The notes: a model not told the origin generated them from the sequence alone. 64,000 nucleotides of DNA from Eledone cirrhosa (GCA_964016885.1 OZ024751.1:11656001-11720000); one strand, 5' to 3'; positions 29,297-43,820 are shown, counted from the first letter of the stretch. Numbers and translations: made by a program.

Positions 29297-30330
29297 TGTT
29301 ATACTTGGGGAGGGTCATATTTGTGTAATAATATTGCCAGAATTAATAACAGAACACAGTCACTGTTTGGTTGGTTTCCGCTTCTGTGTCTTTTATATCG
29401 GTTAATTTAATTTATTCGCTCCTCAATGTTACCATTGACTGACCAACGGTCAAAAATACAGATACAATATCGACACAAACACATATATATAGTCTAACAA
29501 AGTTCTTTCGTTGCACATCTGCAACATCGTCAGTGGTGCTATTATGTTTCCTCCCGTTGTATTGTATGTTTACGCCATCTTTATTTAGTCTGTTTATTTA
29601 TTTATTTGTTTTTTTTTTTTGTCTTCTCTGCGCATGTGTTTGCGTGTGTGTATAGTGTTTTGTTTGATGTATGTTCGTGTTTGGGTGACTGTGTATTGGT
29701 TATTGTATTCTATCTTAGTTTACTAGTGTGTGTTTATATGTGTTTTTTGTTATTGTGCTTGTGTATGTATTTATTTATTTATTTATTTACTTATTTATTT
29801 ATACTTCTCTTAGGTCACTCTTGTTTGTTTGGGTGTTGTTGCTATTCCACTTCTAAGTTCTATTTCGCTGGCCTCTCTGATTTGTCTATCTGCTGGGTCA
29901 TTTCTATGTTTAGATATTATTCTAATTTCTATGTTGTCTATGTTACCGTTGTGTTGTTGTCTGGCATGTTCGTATAGTACTGAACTGTTTTTTCGTCCTT
30001 TTAGTTTCCTCCAGTGTTGGTCTATCCTTTCACCTATGCTACGAGCTGTCTCGACTATGTATGTTGTTGTCATGTTTCTGCAAGTACCCTCTGTACACCT
30101 TCTGCTATAGACTACGTTTCTAGTTTTACAGTTTATCCGGGGGTTTACTTTACATATGATACATTTCCTATTAGTACAGAGATCACAAGATTTTGTGATC
30201 TCTGTATTACAGAAGCATATTACATAACTCTATCACGACCTCTACCGATTAACGATAGAACGGAGGTAACTATTAGCTGTCAACATCGAAGGGCTAATTC
30301 CTTCGCCAATAGAATATTTGACCCAACTTA
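29297..30330 (-). mobile_element. PLE fragment family P-B: GIY-YIG endonuclease + 3' UTR with HHR-like motif (~29500-29540)
   Basis: ORF 29810-30073: YIVETARSIGERIDQH..SVLYEH..H..RQIREA..I. Confidence 0.85.
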
Positions 30331-30689
30331 GTCATCTAGCCGCATTTTTACTTGTAGCTAATACGTTAAATTGCTATGAACAACTTAGATAATTATAAGT
30401 TACCTCCCCTACATTGTCTCTCAATTAAAAAATTAAAAAATTAGCACTTAATTATAAATACCCACAATGTCTAATCTCTCGAGGAGTTACTTCCCCTGAA
30501 ACCACCCTCTAATTAGTAAGGTAAATATATCCTTTGGCAGCCATCTTGTTACCCATAGGCAGATCTCACACAATGCAGCCTCGACAGAAGAATACTGCTT
30601 GATTATGGCTGACAACTGATGCAACCAAGACACCATAGTAAAAAACCAATATATGGAACATTATATTATGTAACATTCTCTCATTATGT

Positions 30690-31012
30690 TAACTTTGATT
30701 TCATCCTTATGGGGCCGATAAAATAAAGTACCAGTAATGTACTGGGTAATTGCTGGCCTTGTGCCAAAAGTAGAAACAATTATTTTAATTTATATTCCTT
30801 TGAAGTTCCGATGAGACGCTCTGTCTTTTAAATATGTTAATTATTTTCAACTGAACCAGATCAATTATGATATATAGTCATCTGATCCAGAAATATTATA
30901 TGGAGTAGCGAAACAATTGTAAACGGACATTATACGGAGTCGATAAAATAAAGTACCAGTAATACATTGGGATAATTGCTGGCCTTGTGCCAAAAGTAGA
31001 AACAATTATTAT
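30690..31012 (+). mobile_element. Two S2 SINE tails (~70 bp direct repeat) flanking a fragment with a variant HHR motif
   Basis: 30714-30783 matches 30940-31010; CCGATGA (30808)..GAAAC-aatt-GTA (30910-30921). Confidence 0.7.
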
Positions 31013-31257
31013 TATTAATATTAGTATTGTTATTATTCTCTACATCCCCTACATCAAACTAAAATATGTTGACAATCTTTTAATAATGTCTTCCTTGTGA
31101 AATTTGTGGATGAACCCAGCCACCTAGCTGCTTTCTACTGCATATTGCACATTGAGCACATGCCTTTACGCTTTGGCTTCAAACTAATTCACCAATCTCT
31201 CCTCTCATATCTCTTCTCCTATCTCCATCTCTCTCTTTAAGATTGGTTACTCTTGAA

Positions 31258-31300
<43 letters not shown>

Positions 31301-31304
31301 TGTA

Positions 31305-31735
31305 TGTGTAGTGTATTTTGCAATACACTGTATGGTTAATTAAAAGCATTTCGAAGACCTTGCGCTATTGTTTTAGAGTGACGGTCTCACTTACTTTACT
31401 TTTCAGCAAACAGGAGAGATAAAGTTGACAGAGCTCTGTTTCGCACTTTTTGGTGCTTATCAAAGCTAAGTACTCCGCCTGCTTGCTGAAAATCATGAAT
31501 GTTTGATTCTTATAGAATTCTAGTAACAATCAGGAACTGATTATACAGAGCGCTTGCCGGTCAAGCAGAAATTGAAAATTAGAATTGGTATCTGAAATAG
31601 CGATATATATATGAAGGTATATATAGTGTATATTACAATACACTGTATGCTTAATTAAAAGCATTTCGAAGACCTTACGCAATTGTTTTAGCGTAGTGAC
31701 AGTCTCACTTTCTTCAATTTTCAGCAAACAGGGAT
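31305..31735 (-). mobile_element. Family P-F fragment with partial tandem duplication and HHR variant (31423-31467)
   Basis: Reverse complement of 24090-24345; 31320-31413 is repeated at 31636-31732. Confidence 0.78.
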
Positions 31736-31887
31736 ATATATAACGAAGGAAGTGTGGTAAGGAACAAGATGGACCATAACGCACCAGATTACGCAATACT
31801 TAGGGTAGTAGAGTGGGTAATACGAAAAGGTATAACCCCGACGGCAGAGCTCTGCTCTCGGTGTTAAACATGTTAATATATATATAT

Positions 31888-34340
31888 ATAGTTGTAGAAC
31901 ACTGAAAGGTAATATCCGTAGTGGTAGAGCACTCAGTCCATGGACTATATACCTCTCCAGCATCGGTCAATAGATTCACTTCACTACGTAGGAGTTTGGC
32001 TTTTAGCAGATTCTTCACCACGTGCGAGTTTGGCTTCCTACCCTGTGTGCGCTCTCTATATCCTCGTATCCTACACAATTTTGTGTCTCATCAACGTCAT
32101 TATGCATTTATACAAACTGGATTACTCCCTGAAGAGCATTCCCACTCCCTCCAACCATGTTACCAAAAGCTACTCCTATAAAAAGCGGAAGATATTGTCA
32201 GACGCTTAAGATGGCGAGCCCTAGCTTTTGACTGCAAAATTATAGGCAACCATAACACCTTCAACCTGAAATCGAGAGCCTGCTCTCCTAGGGTAACTGA
32301 ACTTGCTCCTTTCGAGACGGACCTTCTTGACTTAGTCGCTAATATTTCCTTTCGCAAACACCCTAACACCTTTCAAACTAAACTTAGAAATGATATTCAG
32401 AAATTATGTCTTCTAATAACATTTTCGTTCTTTCCGACAAAACTAATAATATTTACGAAGTCGACAACACCACTTTGCGCCACTTGGCCCATAACGCTAT
32501 GACTTCCAAATATAAGAAAGCTAACCCTATGGCCTACCACGACATTAATACAGAAGCCAAAGAACTTGCCGCCGCACTTAAGGTAGATAAGAAACTACAA
32601 TCTCTAGCTAAGCGGGAGGCGTTCCTCACCCTGAAAGATCAATAGGTAGACTTTACTTCTAACCCCACATGTAGACTAATAAACCCGTCACCCACAGATA
32701 TGGGACTAGTCAGTAAGGTCATACTTAGAAACATAGTTAAGACCATTAGGACCAAGTCCAACCTGACCCTGTGGGAGAACAGCGACTCCGTAATTGAGTG
32801 GTTTAACTCCTTCAAATAAAAAAAAGCGAAGTTCACTCAGTTCGAGATTGTTGATTTTTACCCGTTGATCTCAGAGACCCTGTTAAACAAAGCGTTGGAC
32901 TTTGCTACCACTTACACTACCGTCGATGGTTTAGACAGGGACATCATCGCTCATTGCCGGAAAACCCTCCTCTTCAACAACGGACTAACCTGGGCAAAGA
33001 AGTCAACAACTTCAGACCTATTCAACGTCTCCATGGGATCGAAAGTGCTGACGTATGCGACTTGGTTGGCCTATTTATTTTAGACATATTACGTGTTAGA
33101 TTCCTGGACTTCCACACGGGAATATACCGCGACGATGGACTGATCTTATCGAGCCATAAAAGTGCTCACGACCTTGACCGGTTTAAAAAAGACTTAGCTT
33201 CTACCTTCAATGAGTTAGGACTTAGGATAACAGTAGCTACCAACCTCTCTAGCGTAGATTTCTTAGACATTAATTTAGACCTTCGCACACACACCTACAG
33301 ACCCTTCCATAAGCTAAACGAAAAACTCAATTACATTCACAAGGATTCATGTCACCCTCCCACTGTTTTTAGAAACTTCGTAAATAATATCAGTACTAGA
33401 ATCTCAAAGCTCTCCCCTAATAAGGCTATCTTTGAGAGGGCGGAACCCTACTATAACACGGCGTTAGCTAACAGCGCTTCTCGCAACCTATCACTTACTC
33501 TCCCACTGACAACAACCGCAACGTTAAAACAAATGTAGGCAAAACATTTCTAGCCCTCTTAGATAGACACTTTCCCATAGGTCATAAAAAACATCTTTAA
33601 CTGACACAAAGTAAAACTAGGATACTCCTGCGCTAAGAACATGAAGGCCCACATCACCAACAGCCCTAAGAGCAACACCCCACCAGGGTGCTCTTGTCGT
33701 AAGCCCGAAGCTTGTCCACTTCAACAGCAATGCAACACACCCACTGTAGTTTATGAAGGTGTGGTCACTTCCAACCGACCAATTCAACCACAGGAGGTCA
33801 AATCGTTTGTGGGTATGGCAGAGGGCCGATTTAAGGAACGCTTCCTGAACCATTAGTCGACCTTTAGCCACGTATGGTCCCTCAAGGACTCAAGTATAGA
33901 CTACTCCATTCAATGGAAAGCCATCACTAAGTCCAAGCCAGACGCAAGGGGTAATCCGTCGTGTGGAGTATGTATTGATGAACGAATAAATATTCTAAAG
34001 AGATTACGCAATAATGATTGCCTAAACACGAGTAATGAATTGTTCACACGTTGTCTACACGTCTGGAAACAACTCTTACATAACTACAAATCTCCGGATT
34101 GAATTCCAACAACATCCTAATTTTCTTATCAACTAGAAACATTTCGGACTTTCGCAGTTATCTCCCTTACACCTGTCGCACGCAATTTAGTATTGCCTGT
34201 GTGAAGTGATCGTTTCTGCGCATGCGCGTTCGTACGGTTGTCCTTCCTGTTCCGTATAACTATGTCCATTACGAGCTGAAGACCCGCTAAGGTGTAACAA
34301 TTGTTCTCGGTATGGTGAACTAACTGTTGTGTAACCACTT
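31888..34340 (+). mobile_element. Near full-length decayed Penelope-like retroelement (RT + C-terminal GIY-YIG), TA-flanked
   Basis: YSLKSIP, FDI-like FEIVDFYP, GIYRDDGL, FLDINLDL, YIHKDSCHPP, CSCR-x4-CPL-x3-C..VVY..FVGMAEGRFKERF..H; several stops and frameshifts; mutated HHR at 34272-34309. Confidence 0.93.
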
Positions 34341-35331
34341 ATATATATATATATATATTTGTTAAGACTGCATAGGGATTCTTGTTACTGTGGCGTTTGA
34401 CCTGTTTATTACAAGGTCCTCAGATGTACATATAACATACAGATTCATTATCTGATCGGCCTAATTTACATAACACATACATTTTGTCTACGTTATTAAG
34501 TAATTGATAACTGTTTATGCTAGAAGACAGCATCTATTTGAAGATTTAGACGAAACTTAAGGTAAATTCATTTAACACCTTTTAATTAATTATTTCAGCT
34601 CTGAAAAGAATAGACATGGTATTGTAATGTCTTTCGTGTATTTCTCGCTAGACGGAAGCACATAAGGAATTATTCTTATGTCTTACATGCCTGCCTATGT
34701 TATTGTTGATGTTGTTGATGTGGTTGTTGCTGTTGATGTAGTTGCTGTTGCAGCTGTTTAACATGTAGTTAAACCAAACTAAGGTAGAATCGGAGACATT
34801 CTAACCACGACCATCTAGACGCATATTCAGATAAAACATCTACCCTAACATTATCTCACATGGCCTTCACATTTTACAATATATTACGTGATATGAGATT
34901 TATTTGACTGCTATTTTAACCAGATCAAGGCATAACTACATTGAGGCCACCCATTACATTTACAGACAGTGTGTTGTCACTCAATATTACTTTTTAAAAT
35001 TTTGGGTGGGCTGCCTGGGGGGATACCTCGTTACTAATATCTCTATAGCACTGTGTCAACACATACTGACTTTTCAGAGACTTCATTAAAAAAAACGAGT
35101 ATGCTACCATTAATATGAGCTTCATAATGATGGCTTTTTTTTCTATTTTCTTTTTTCATCAAGAGGATAACTTTCTAAAGTTTTCAGATAAATCACTGCT
35201 AAAAGAGATGGTGATATTAAGTTGTCTCCTCATTTAGGGAGACTTGATACTTCATCAGGTTAAACTGATATTCATTAAATGAAAATAAATCAAGAGACGA
35301 GATTTGTCATAGAAAGGCTTACACACGCATG

Positions 35332-35383
<52 letters not shown>

Positions 35384-35436
35384 TATATGTATTTATGTAC
35401 ATATGGACATAAATATGTATATATATATATATATAT

Positions 35437-35625
35437 AGGAACGAGTAGGACCCCGACGGCTGAGCTCAAGCCGTTTCGACGGCTAATTCCAGAATTAGCC
35501 GTCGAAACGGCTTGAGCTCAGCCGTCGGGATCCTACTCGTTCCTGTTACCCACTCTACTACACTAAGTATTGAGTACTTTGGTGCGTTATGGTCCACCTG
35601 GTTCCTTACCACATTTCCTTCGTTA
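35437..35625. mobile_element. Family P-E fold-back (apex ~35491)
   Basis: 35437-35489 is the reverse complement of 35493-35544. Confidence 0.88.
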
Positions 35626-35784
35626 TATATATATATATATACATACATACTTACATCTAAGTAAGTGCCGTACTAAGAGTGAGAAATGAAATTTCGTTTC
35701 ATTCTATTCCATTTATATATATATATGTATGTATATTGTATTTATGTATTTCATTATTTCATTATTATTATTATAAAAGACTAA

Positions 35785-35977
35785 GGTGGGGGATGGGCAG
35801 TATCGGTAGAGGGTCGGACGCCATGCTTTGACGCAAAGAGTTACAGCCCTTTCCATTCTGAGTTCAAATCCCGTCGAGGTTAACTTTGCCTTTCATCCTT
35901 ACGGGGTCGATAAAATAAAGTACCAGTAATGCACTGGATAATTGCTGGCCTTGTGCCAAACGTAGAAACAATTATTA
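35785..35977 (+). mobile_element. tRNA-derived SINE family S2 (resembles cephalopod SINEs); other copies ~21130, 36825(-), 49525, 49970, 55730(-)
   Basis: A-box-like GGGCAGTATCGG, B box GAGTTCAAATCC, body 'ctttgcctttcatcct..ggggtcgataaaataaagtaccagt', (ATT)n tail. Confidence 0.9.
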
Positions 35978-36349
35978 TAAAAGACAAATATGTATATATA
36001 TATTTATATATGTGTGTGTGTTTCTGTGCGCGTGTGTTTGAGTGTGTGTACATGTATGTAAAAATATTAGTATATTCGTGCCGTCAAAAATGGCTCTAAT
36101 TAATACTGCATTATTTAATTAAATATACCAGAAAAAGAAATGTTTCATTGTGCGTTATATAGTCACGGATACAACGGTAACAATCTGAAGGTAGGGAATT
36201 TACAAAAAAAGTACACGTATAGAATAAATACACAGGAACATGAGGGAGTTCATAAAAAGAATAAAGTTATTCGAAAGTTGTTACTACTGGTCCGAATCTC
36301 ACCGAGGTGTTCTTGCTCTCTCTCTCTCCCTCCCTCTCTCTCTCTGATC

Positions 36350-36582
36350 GATCGACAAGATCCCAGACCTCTTGCACTTGGCGAGTGGAGTGGACGTCGT
36401 CAAATCGGACCGAGGAAACAATGTTTCCATTGGTCTTTCTGTTGCTGACACTATCTTCCGGTCGCAAATCCTGGCAGAAGGAACAACATGAAATAAAGTG
36501 TCTTGCTCAAGGACACAATGAATCACTCGGTCCGAGAATTGAACTCGCAGCCCCACGATTGCTAATCCAACTCCTCGCGCCT
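36350..36582 (-). mobile_element. Diverged S1 SINE
   Basis: Reverse similarity to 610-810. Confidence 0.8.
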
Positions 36583-37273
36583 TTTTGTAGGTGTTCTACT
36601 GGAATATTTCAATCCTTTGTCTGTTTATCACTTCAAGAACTGGTTCATATTATGCTTCTTTTTAATCACATCATTGTTATTATTCCGTATAAATAAATAA
36701 ACGCTGTTCTATGACAATTTATAAGGAGTAAAATTCAAATTTGTCAATACCAGTTACTAAGGTACCACGTCATAAATGTAGTATTTCCTTTTTACGTAAT
36801 AGTTTCTGATTCAGGCACGATTAAATCGAACCCAGTGCATTACTGGTGCTTTGTTATATCGACCCCGTAATGATGAAAGTCAAAGATAACCTCAGCAGGA
36901 TTTGAAACCAGAACGTAAAGGGCCGTAACTCTATGCCGCAAAGTTCTACCGGTACTGTGATCCGATCTTCTCTAAAGAAAGGAAAAAGGTAGTTTTTGCC
37001 AAATCGCATGCCTAGCGGCCAGAATGGTGACATCAGAGTAACTTGCGCTAAAGATATCCAGGGGCCATATGGTGGTGTTAAGTCGAGCAACGGCTTAAGT
37101 CTACAAGGCAAAAGCTTTTATAGTGAAAAGGCTTCCCAGGAGAATTGGTTCTTGTGTTTCTTTTTTTTTTATCAACGCTTAAGCCATATAAATTCATTTA
37201 CATCATGCCATTTAGAGCGGTCATAATTTTTATTGAAATTAACAAAGCTGGTCGCAATGTATGTATGTGTATG

Positions 37274-37323
<50 letters not shown>

Positions 37324-37427
37324 TGTGAGTGTATATATATATATATATATACACACATAGATGAATATATATATCTTTGTATATATATATATATATATAT
37401 ATATACATAGATGAATATATATATCTT

Positions 37428-37467
<40 letters not shown>

Positions 37468-37662
37468 CATGCATATATATGTTTGTATATATATATATAT
37501 ATATATATATTCTCTCTGGTGGTAGGAGAGGGTGGGGAGTGGAGGTCATTGGTTGAAAGAAAAGGGAATTCATTCAAAGCTAATTCTTTAAAGCTATAAT
37601 TTATATTTGGAGTGACAAAGGCAGAAAGAATTCTATAAAGAGGTTCAAATTGGGGTGCAACC

Positions 37663-37664
<2 letters not shown>

Positions 37665-37728
<64 letters not shown>

Positions 37729-37804
37729 GTATATATACATACACATATATATACATACATATACATATAAATATATATACATATATACATACATATACAT
37801 GTGC

Positions 37805-37843
<39 letters not shown>

Positions 37844-38071
37844 TATGTATATGCATATGTATATATATGTATATATATTCATATGCATATGTATGTATGT
37901 ATATATATGTGTATTTATATATACGTATATATATGTGAGTATACATATATGTATATGTATATATATGTATATATATATGTATATATATACATACACATAT
38001 ATATATATACATACATATACATATATATACATATATATACATACATATACATATATATACATACATATACA

Positions 38072-38117
<46 letters not shown>

Positions 38118-38390
38118 TATGTATATGCATATGTATGCATATATATGCATAGATTTATTTTTCTGCATATGTATATGTTATGTATATATATGTGTATGTA
38201 TATATACGTATATATTTGTGTGTATACATATATGTTTATGTGTATATATGTATATGTATATATATGTAATTATATATATGCATATGTATATATAAATATA
38301 TATATATATATTTATATATATATATATACATATATATATACACACACATATAGGTACATACATATATATATATATATGTATACTCTATAG

Positions 38391-38424
<34 letters not shown>

Positions 38425-38432
38425 CACACATA
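37665..38432. repeat. Degenerate alternating purine-pyrimidine (TA/CA/TG) tract
   Basis: Direct reading. Confidence 0.95.
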
Positions 38433-38753
38433 TAAGGCTTTATCTGACTAGTCATGAATATAATCCAATAGTGCGACGAAGGGATATTAATTAAAAAACG
38501 TAAATTATAAAAATATTACTACAAAAATTGTTTCGAATCAAATAACATTTGAAAACAGCTGTGTGTATATTTGATACATGTTATTACTAATATATATGGT
38601 TTACTGTGTGCTTCTTATACTGTAGTGCATATATGGCTGATGTTATGTGTGGTTATATATCTTTGTCGTGATGGACTTATGTTCATAGACACACACATGT
38701 ATAGGTATATATACATATATTTAAATACAGATATATTCATACATATTTCTATA

Positions 38754-38814
<61 letters not shown>

Positions 38815-38819
38815 ATGTG

Positions 38820-38863
<44 letters not shown>

Positions 38864-38967
38864 GGAGGTGAGTTTTATTGTAGTACAATAAAGCAATGCA
38901 GAATTCGGATAAGAAGCACTCTACAGTTTGTGGGACTGGAGTATGCATAATAACCATCTTTTGATCT

Positions 38968-39045
<78 letters not shown>

Positions 39046-39077
39046 AGAGAGAGAGAGATAGATAGATAGATGAGTTT

Positions 39078-39256
39078 CTACAGGACTAGAACTGTTTCGT
39101 TCTTGAGAAATCATCAGCTATTCCTGATGATTTCTCAAGAATGAAAGAGTTCTAGTCCTGTATAATATCATCTATATTAAAACTTTTATACTCTGCTATG
39201 TATTGAGTACCTTCCTTACTGTGGTTACCTCCGATTCAACCCGGAATAACTTACCT
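39078..39256. mobile_element. Fold-back PLE-type tail with a minimal HHR-like motif in each arm (apex ~39120); relative at 46825-47000
   Basis: CTGATGA-tttctcaagaa(t/c)-GAAA on both strands. Confidence 0.78.
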
Positions 39257-39259
39257 ATA

Positions 39260-39354
<95 letters not shown>

Positions 39355-39944
39355 CAAAGAGGGTTTGGTAAGATACCAGGTGGACCATAAGGCACCACAG
39401 TACTCGATACTTAAGATAAAAGAGTGGGTGATAGGAGAAGTGTCAAGACTCCGATGGCTGAGCTCCGGCTGTTTCGAGAGCTAGTTCGGATTTGGATGTC
39501 CTGAATTTTTAGACTCCTGACTTATGTATATATATATACTAGCAGAAGTACCCGGCGTTGACCGGGTGTAAGTCGACCTTTGGTCTGTTAGAATGTGTGA
39601 AAGTTACTTCCCGCGCATCACAGGTTTTTTTTTTTTTACAATTTTTGCGCTCACATGTGCAGAAGAAGAATTAAAAGGGCCTTTATCTTAACCGCAGCAT
39701 AAGTGCGAGTCTTTTGTGACAGTTTTCAAGAATATAGGACGCTCCTGTAAAAAGTTTTCCCATGTGTAACTTTGCCTTGTTTATTTGCGAAAAGTCGAGC
39801 CCCGCTTCAGTATTATTGATTTTTTACATCAATGCGTGATCTCTGAAGTAGATTTGAGTAGCTAAAAACCTGTCCCGGTAAATTTGCTATAGGTGAAAAA
39901 AAGTAGATCAAAAATGTATCTAGGGTTATTGCCCTTTGCCACAG

Positions 39945-40097
39945 CCTCAAGCCTCGTCTGACGGGATGTTGGTGATTCCTCCGTCAGCGCTTGTTGGCGA
40001 CGAAGGCGAACATCAGCAAGCCTTGTCGTACGTGATGTTGGTGACTCAACCAGCCGGGAAAGACGTCTATCAGCGAGTCGAGATTCGCGCTCAGCAG
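39945..40097 (+). CDS. Exon-like 51-codon segment inside the Helitron (PQASSDGMLVIPPSALVGDEGEHQQALSYVMLVTQPAGKDVYQRVEIRAQQ)
   Basis: ccctttgccacAG acceptor, CAG|GTGTTT donor, open phase 0-0, GC-richer than its flanks. Confidence 0.45.
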
Positions 40098-40542
40098 GTG
40101 TTTCCTAGAGAAAATTAATTAATTCTACTGGTTAGCTAAGCCAATGGCAGTGTCAATAGTAAATGAGAAAAGTCTAACATGAACAAAAGGGAATCAAGGT
40201 AAGACAATAAATTTAATATAACTACGATTAGAATGTTGTAGTTGCTTAAAAGTGGTGACAGTTAGGATAAACGCAGTACTTGCTAACATTAAGGGAGAAT
40301 ATTGCATAAAGGATTAATCAATTCTGAATGAACTCATACCTGAGAACGCCTAATTCGTTGTCTCAAAGCAATAGCTGTACCTTTTTTGGAGGTAAGTCTT
40401 GAACGTTTCCGTGTGGGCATAACGACGTGTAACGAAGCTGTTAGGTTAGAGAGAGGTGATTAAATACAGAGAGAGATGACACCAGATTCGTTAGCATGGT
40501 TACTGGTGAATGGGAAGGTTTGGAAATATGATTACAATAACT

Positions 40543-40800
40543 TACCGAATTTTTCCGTCTATAAATTGCACTTAAAATAATTAAATTTAATCCAAAAACA
40601 GCTCTGCGCTTTATACTCCGGTGAGCCTTATGTATAAATAATACAATGGTAATCAATCACGGCTCTAACAGAAGTAATAGATCTAGACTAAAAGTAAAGT
40701 AGATAGCATTTTCTGGTTGGCCTTACACGCCGTTGCGCGGACCTGATTTTAAATGATACGCCTTATATCCTGGTGAGCCTTATAGAGCGGAAAATATCTA
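40543..40800. mobile_element. Decayed Tc2/pogo-type MITE nested in the Helitron
   Basis: Imperfect TIRs taccgaatttttccgtctataa / ttatagagcggaaaatatcta; internal repeat 'ttata..cc.ggtgagccttat' x2. Confidence 0.55.
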
Positions 40801-41853
40801 TTGGAAAAGAATACGAATTCATGACCAAGGTGTGACAAAATTGGCGTCTATACAGCGCCTGAAACAAACTTGTCCAAAACCCTAGGATTTTTCTCGTTAA
40901 GTATCCACCCAAAAGGAACCGTTTTTTAGTTACAAAAAATTACCAAAGTGTATAGTAGCTATATTTCTGACATATCATGCCAAAAAGAACAATATATTCA
41001 AAAAATGTTCTAAAGTACATTCAATCTCTCTTTTTGACCGATATCTTAATAAGCAAGTTATCGATTTTTTATTGGCTGTCAGTATCTATCTGCATGCAGG
41101 TGTGCACGTGTGCGCAATTAATTGCAAATACGCTCATAAGATTTAGTCGTAAGCAGAACAAAAAATGCCATTAGAGGTGGGCTAATAATGAAGACACAAA
41201 CCCTGGTGAACTTACGTTTAAACACCCGAAAAGTTACTCACTTCCTGTGCAAAAGACTGTATTATAAATTAAGTAATTTTTTAGAATCTTTTGTTTAAAA
41301 AAGGAAAACATTGGTACGACGTAAATTGTTTTACTTGTATTGTATGTGTACAACAGAAGTTGGTCAACGTATTATTTAGTAATTTTTTTTCAAAAAGCAT
41401 GATTATTTAAGACTGTTTGAAAATTTACTCAGCTTTTAGGTTCACAAAAGACACCATTAAATTTGGTTCCCTTTTCAGATAGGGATAATACTGTATTTCC
41501 ACTTGGATAAGGTGGAATATGAAAAGAAACTCTTTAATGGTCGGTCGTTTACTGAGACAGCTGGGAAGACATGCAGCTGGCCGTCCAATCAATAACGCAC
41601 GTCCTTATATGGGCATATGAAATTTATTTTTATTGCGCCAGATGTAAACTAAGAGTTCTTGTGTTCGAATTCACATAAAATTTTATTGGAATCGAAAAAC
41701 ATTCTGTCATAGGGCCCGATTATCGATTTTTCGAAAATTTCAATTAGCCTATTCCACTCTACGCGTTGAGTTTTATATATGTGTGAGGTTTCATGAAAAT
41801 TGGATGAATGGTGTAACATGCAAGTTGGGAACACCAAACAATGTCCATCTTCC

Positions 41854-41910
<57 letters not shown>

Positions 41911-42050
41911 GTTGTCTTATGTCTTCTAGTGAGTGGTATGAATATAATGTACAGCTTTCACACATTCCAAAAAACTGCGATATAAAAGTAAGAAATACAC
42001 ACTAATAGACACACACACACACACACAAACACACCCATGCACATACATAT

Positions 42051-42104
<54 letters not shown>

Positions 42105-42108
<4 letters not shown>

Positions 42109-42300
42109 ATAATAATAAATTTGAAGACTAAAATCCAAAGAGGGCTCGATAAGGATAAATATATATCAGATATATAAGATCCGTACAGCAAATATTTGTG
42201 GAAATAACAGATTAAATTTTAAGCAAAGAATCGCTGCTTTCACCCTTAACTTAAGGATGAAAGCATCGATTCTTTGCTTAAATTTTAATCTGTTATTTTA
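42105..42300. mobile_element. Family P-D tail with fold-back (apex ~42250); other copies at 15332, 44201, 50454
   Basis: 42203-42249 is the reverse complement of 42251-42297; shared end 'agtaataataataaatttgaagactaaaatcc'. Confidence 0.88.
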
Positions 42301-42465
42301 ATATATATATATATATATAACTATGTATTTCTTGCTTTTATATCGCAGTTTTCTTGCGAATGATTGTAAACTATATATTGTATTCATTATATTCTTGGCC
42401 CCTCACTAGAAACCTAAGACAACGCCAACCGCACCAACAAAGTCAACAAAAACCACAGCAACAGA

Positions 42466-42466
<1 letters not shown>

Positions 42467-42515
<49 letters not shown>

Positions 42516-42571
42516 AGTAACAGCAACACCCACTACTACTACTACTACTACTACTACAGTAACAGCAACAC

Positions 42572-42618
<47 letters not shown>

Positions 42619-42663
42619 GCTACTACTACTACTAAAACTGCAACCGCAACAACAACAACAACA

Positions 42664-42736
<73 letters not shown>
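42467..42736. repeat. (TAC)n microsatellite
   Basis: Direct reading. Confidence 0.97.
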
Positions 42737-43729
42737 TACCAACCAACAACTGCAATAGAGCAGTACGCAACATCATCAAGTCTTCTTTTCTTCCTAAATC
42801 CGATTATATGTAATATCTAAAAGGATCTGTACACTCTAAATATTTTTCAGTTCAGTACTTTTAATATTCAGAAAGCTCTCTCCCCTTAGAATCATGTAGC
42901 GATTAGATAAATCTTATAATCACACACAGGGTGGATACATTCGGTAACAGACTTTCATAGAAACAAAAATCTGGAAAGGCAAGCACCCCCACTCCCTCAC
43001 ACTCCCATTGAAATATATTTCAGTGTTACTGTGAAGCTTCTTCAGTGTTTTAAAAGAACAAGGGCGGGGAGGTGATGTGGACGTGTTGTAAAGTTGTTTC
43101 TATCTCACTATAACTGTGGTAGTTGTTGTCGTTGTGGATGTGGTTGTAATGGTGATAGTAGTGGTTGTTGTTATGATAGCGGTGTTGTGGTTATCGTTTT
43201 GGATGTGATTGTGTTTGTGTTTGTGGTTGTGGATGTGGTTGTGATGGTGATAATAGTGGTTGTTGTTATGATAGCGGTGTTGTGGTTATCGTTTTGGGTG
43301 TGGTTGTGTTTGTGGTTGTGGTTTTGGATGTGGTTGTGATAGTGATAGTAGTGGTTTTGGTTATGGTAGTTGTTGTGGTTATCGTTGTGGTCGGGGGTGT
43401 GGTTGTGGTGGTTGTGGCGTTGGCTTTGCCAAAGCCTGCAGCATGTGGTGGTCGTGAATAATGGTGAGGGCGGTGAGTTTAATTAAAGAAGAACTACTGA
43501 AGGTGGTAGAGTTATTACCGTCTTTGAAAAGAGAAGCACTACACACGCTAAGATTTCAATAGTCATAATTGTACACGTAATCAGCTCACCTCGCTTTATG
43601 TAAGGTTGTGTATTGCGTCTAAGCCGATGATCCATCTATCAGTACGCCCCTCCCTTTTCTTCCTCTCTCCTTCTCACAGAATCTGTGAGAACGAATATAC
43701 AGTACCACACACACACACCTATATACACT

Positions 43730-43820
<91 letters not shown>

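Larger units (their letters stand above)
39539..41860 (-). mobile_element. Probable non-autonomous Helitron
   Basis: 3' CTAG (39539-42) with subterminal hairpin ACCCGG-cgttga-CCGGGT (39550-67); the far end merges into (TA)n; 5' boundary inferred. Confidence 0.6.

Noticed and set aside
32406-34100. Selenocysteine or readthrough recoding of PLE stops
   Set aside because: The stops seen are TAA/TAG and accompanied by frameshifts, consistent with decay.
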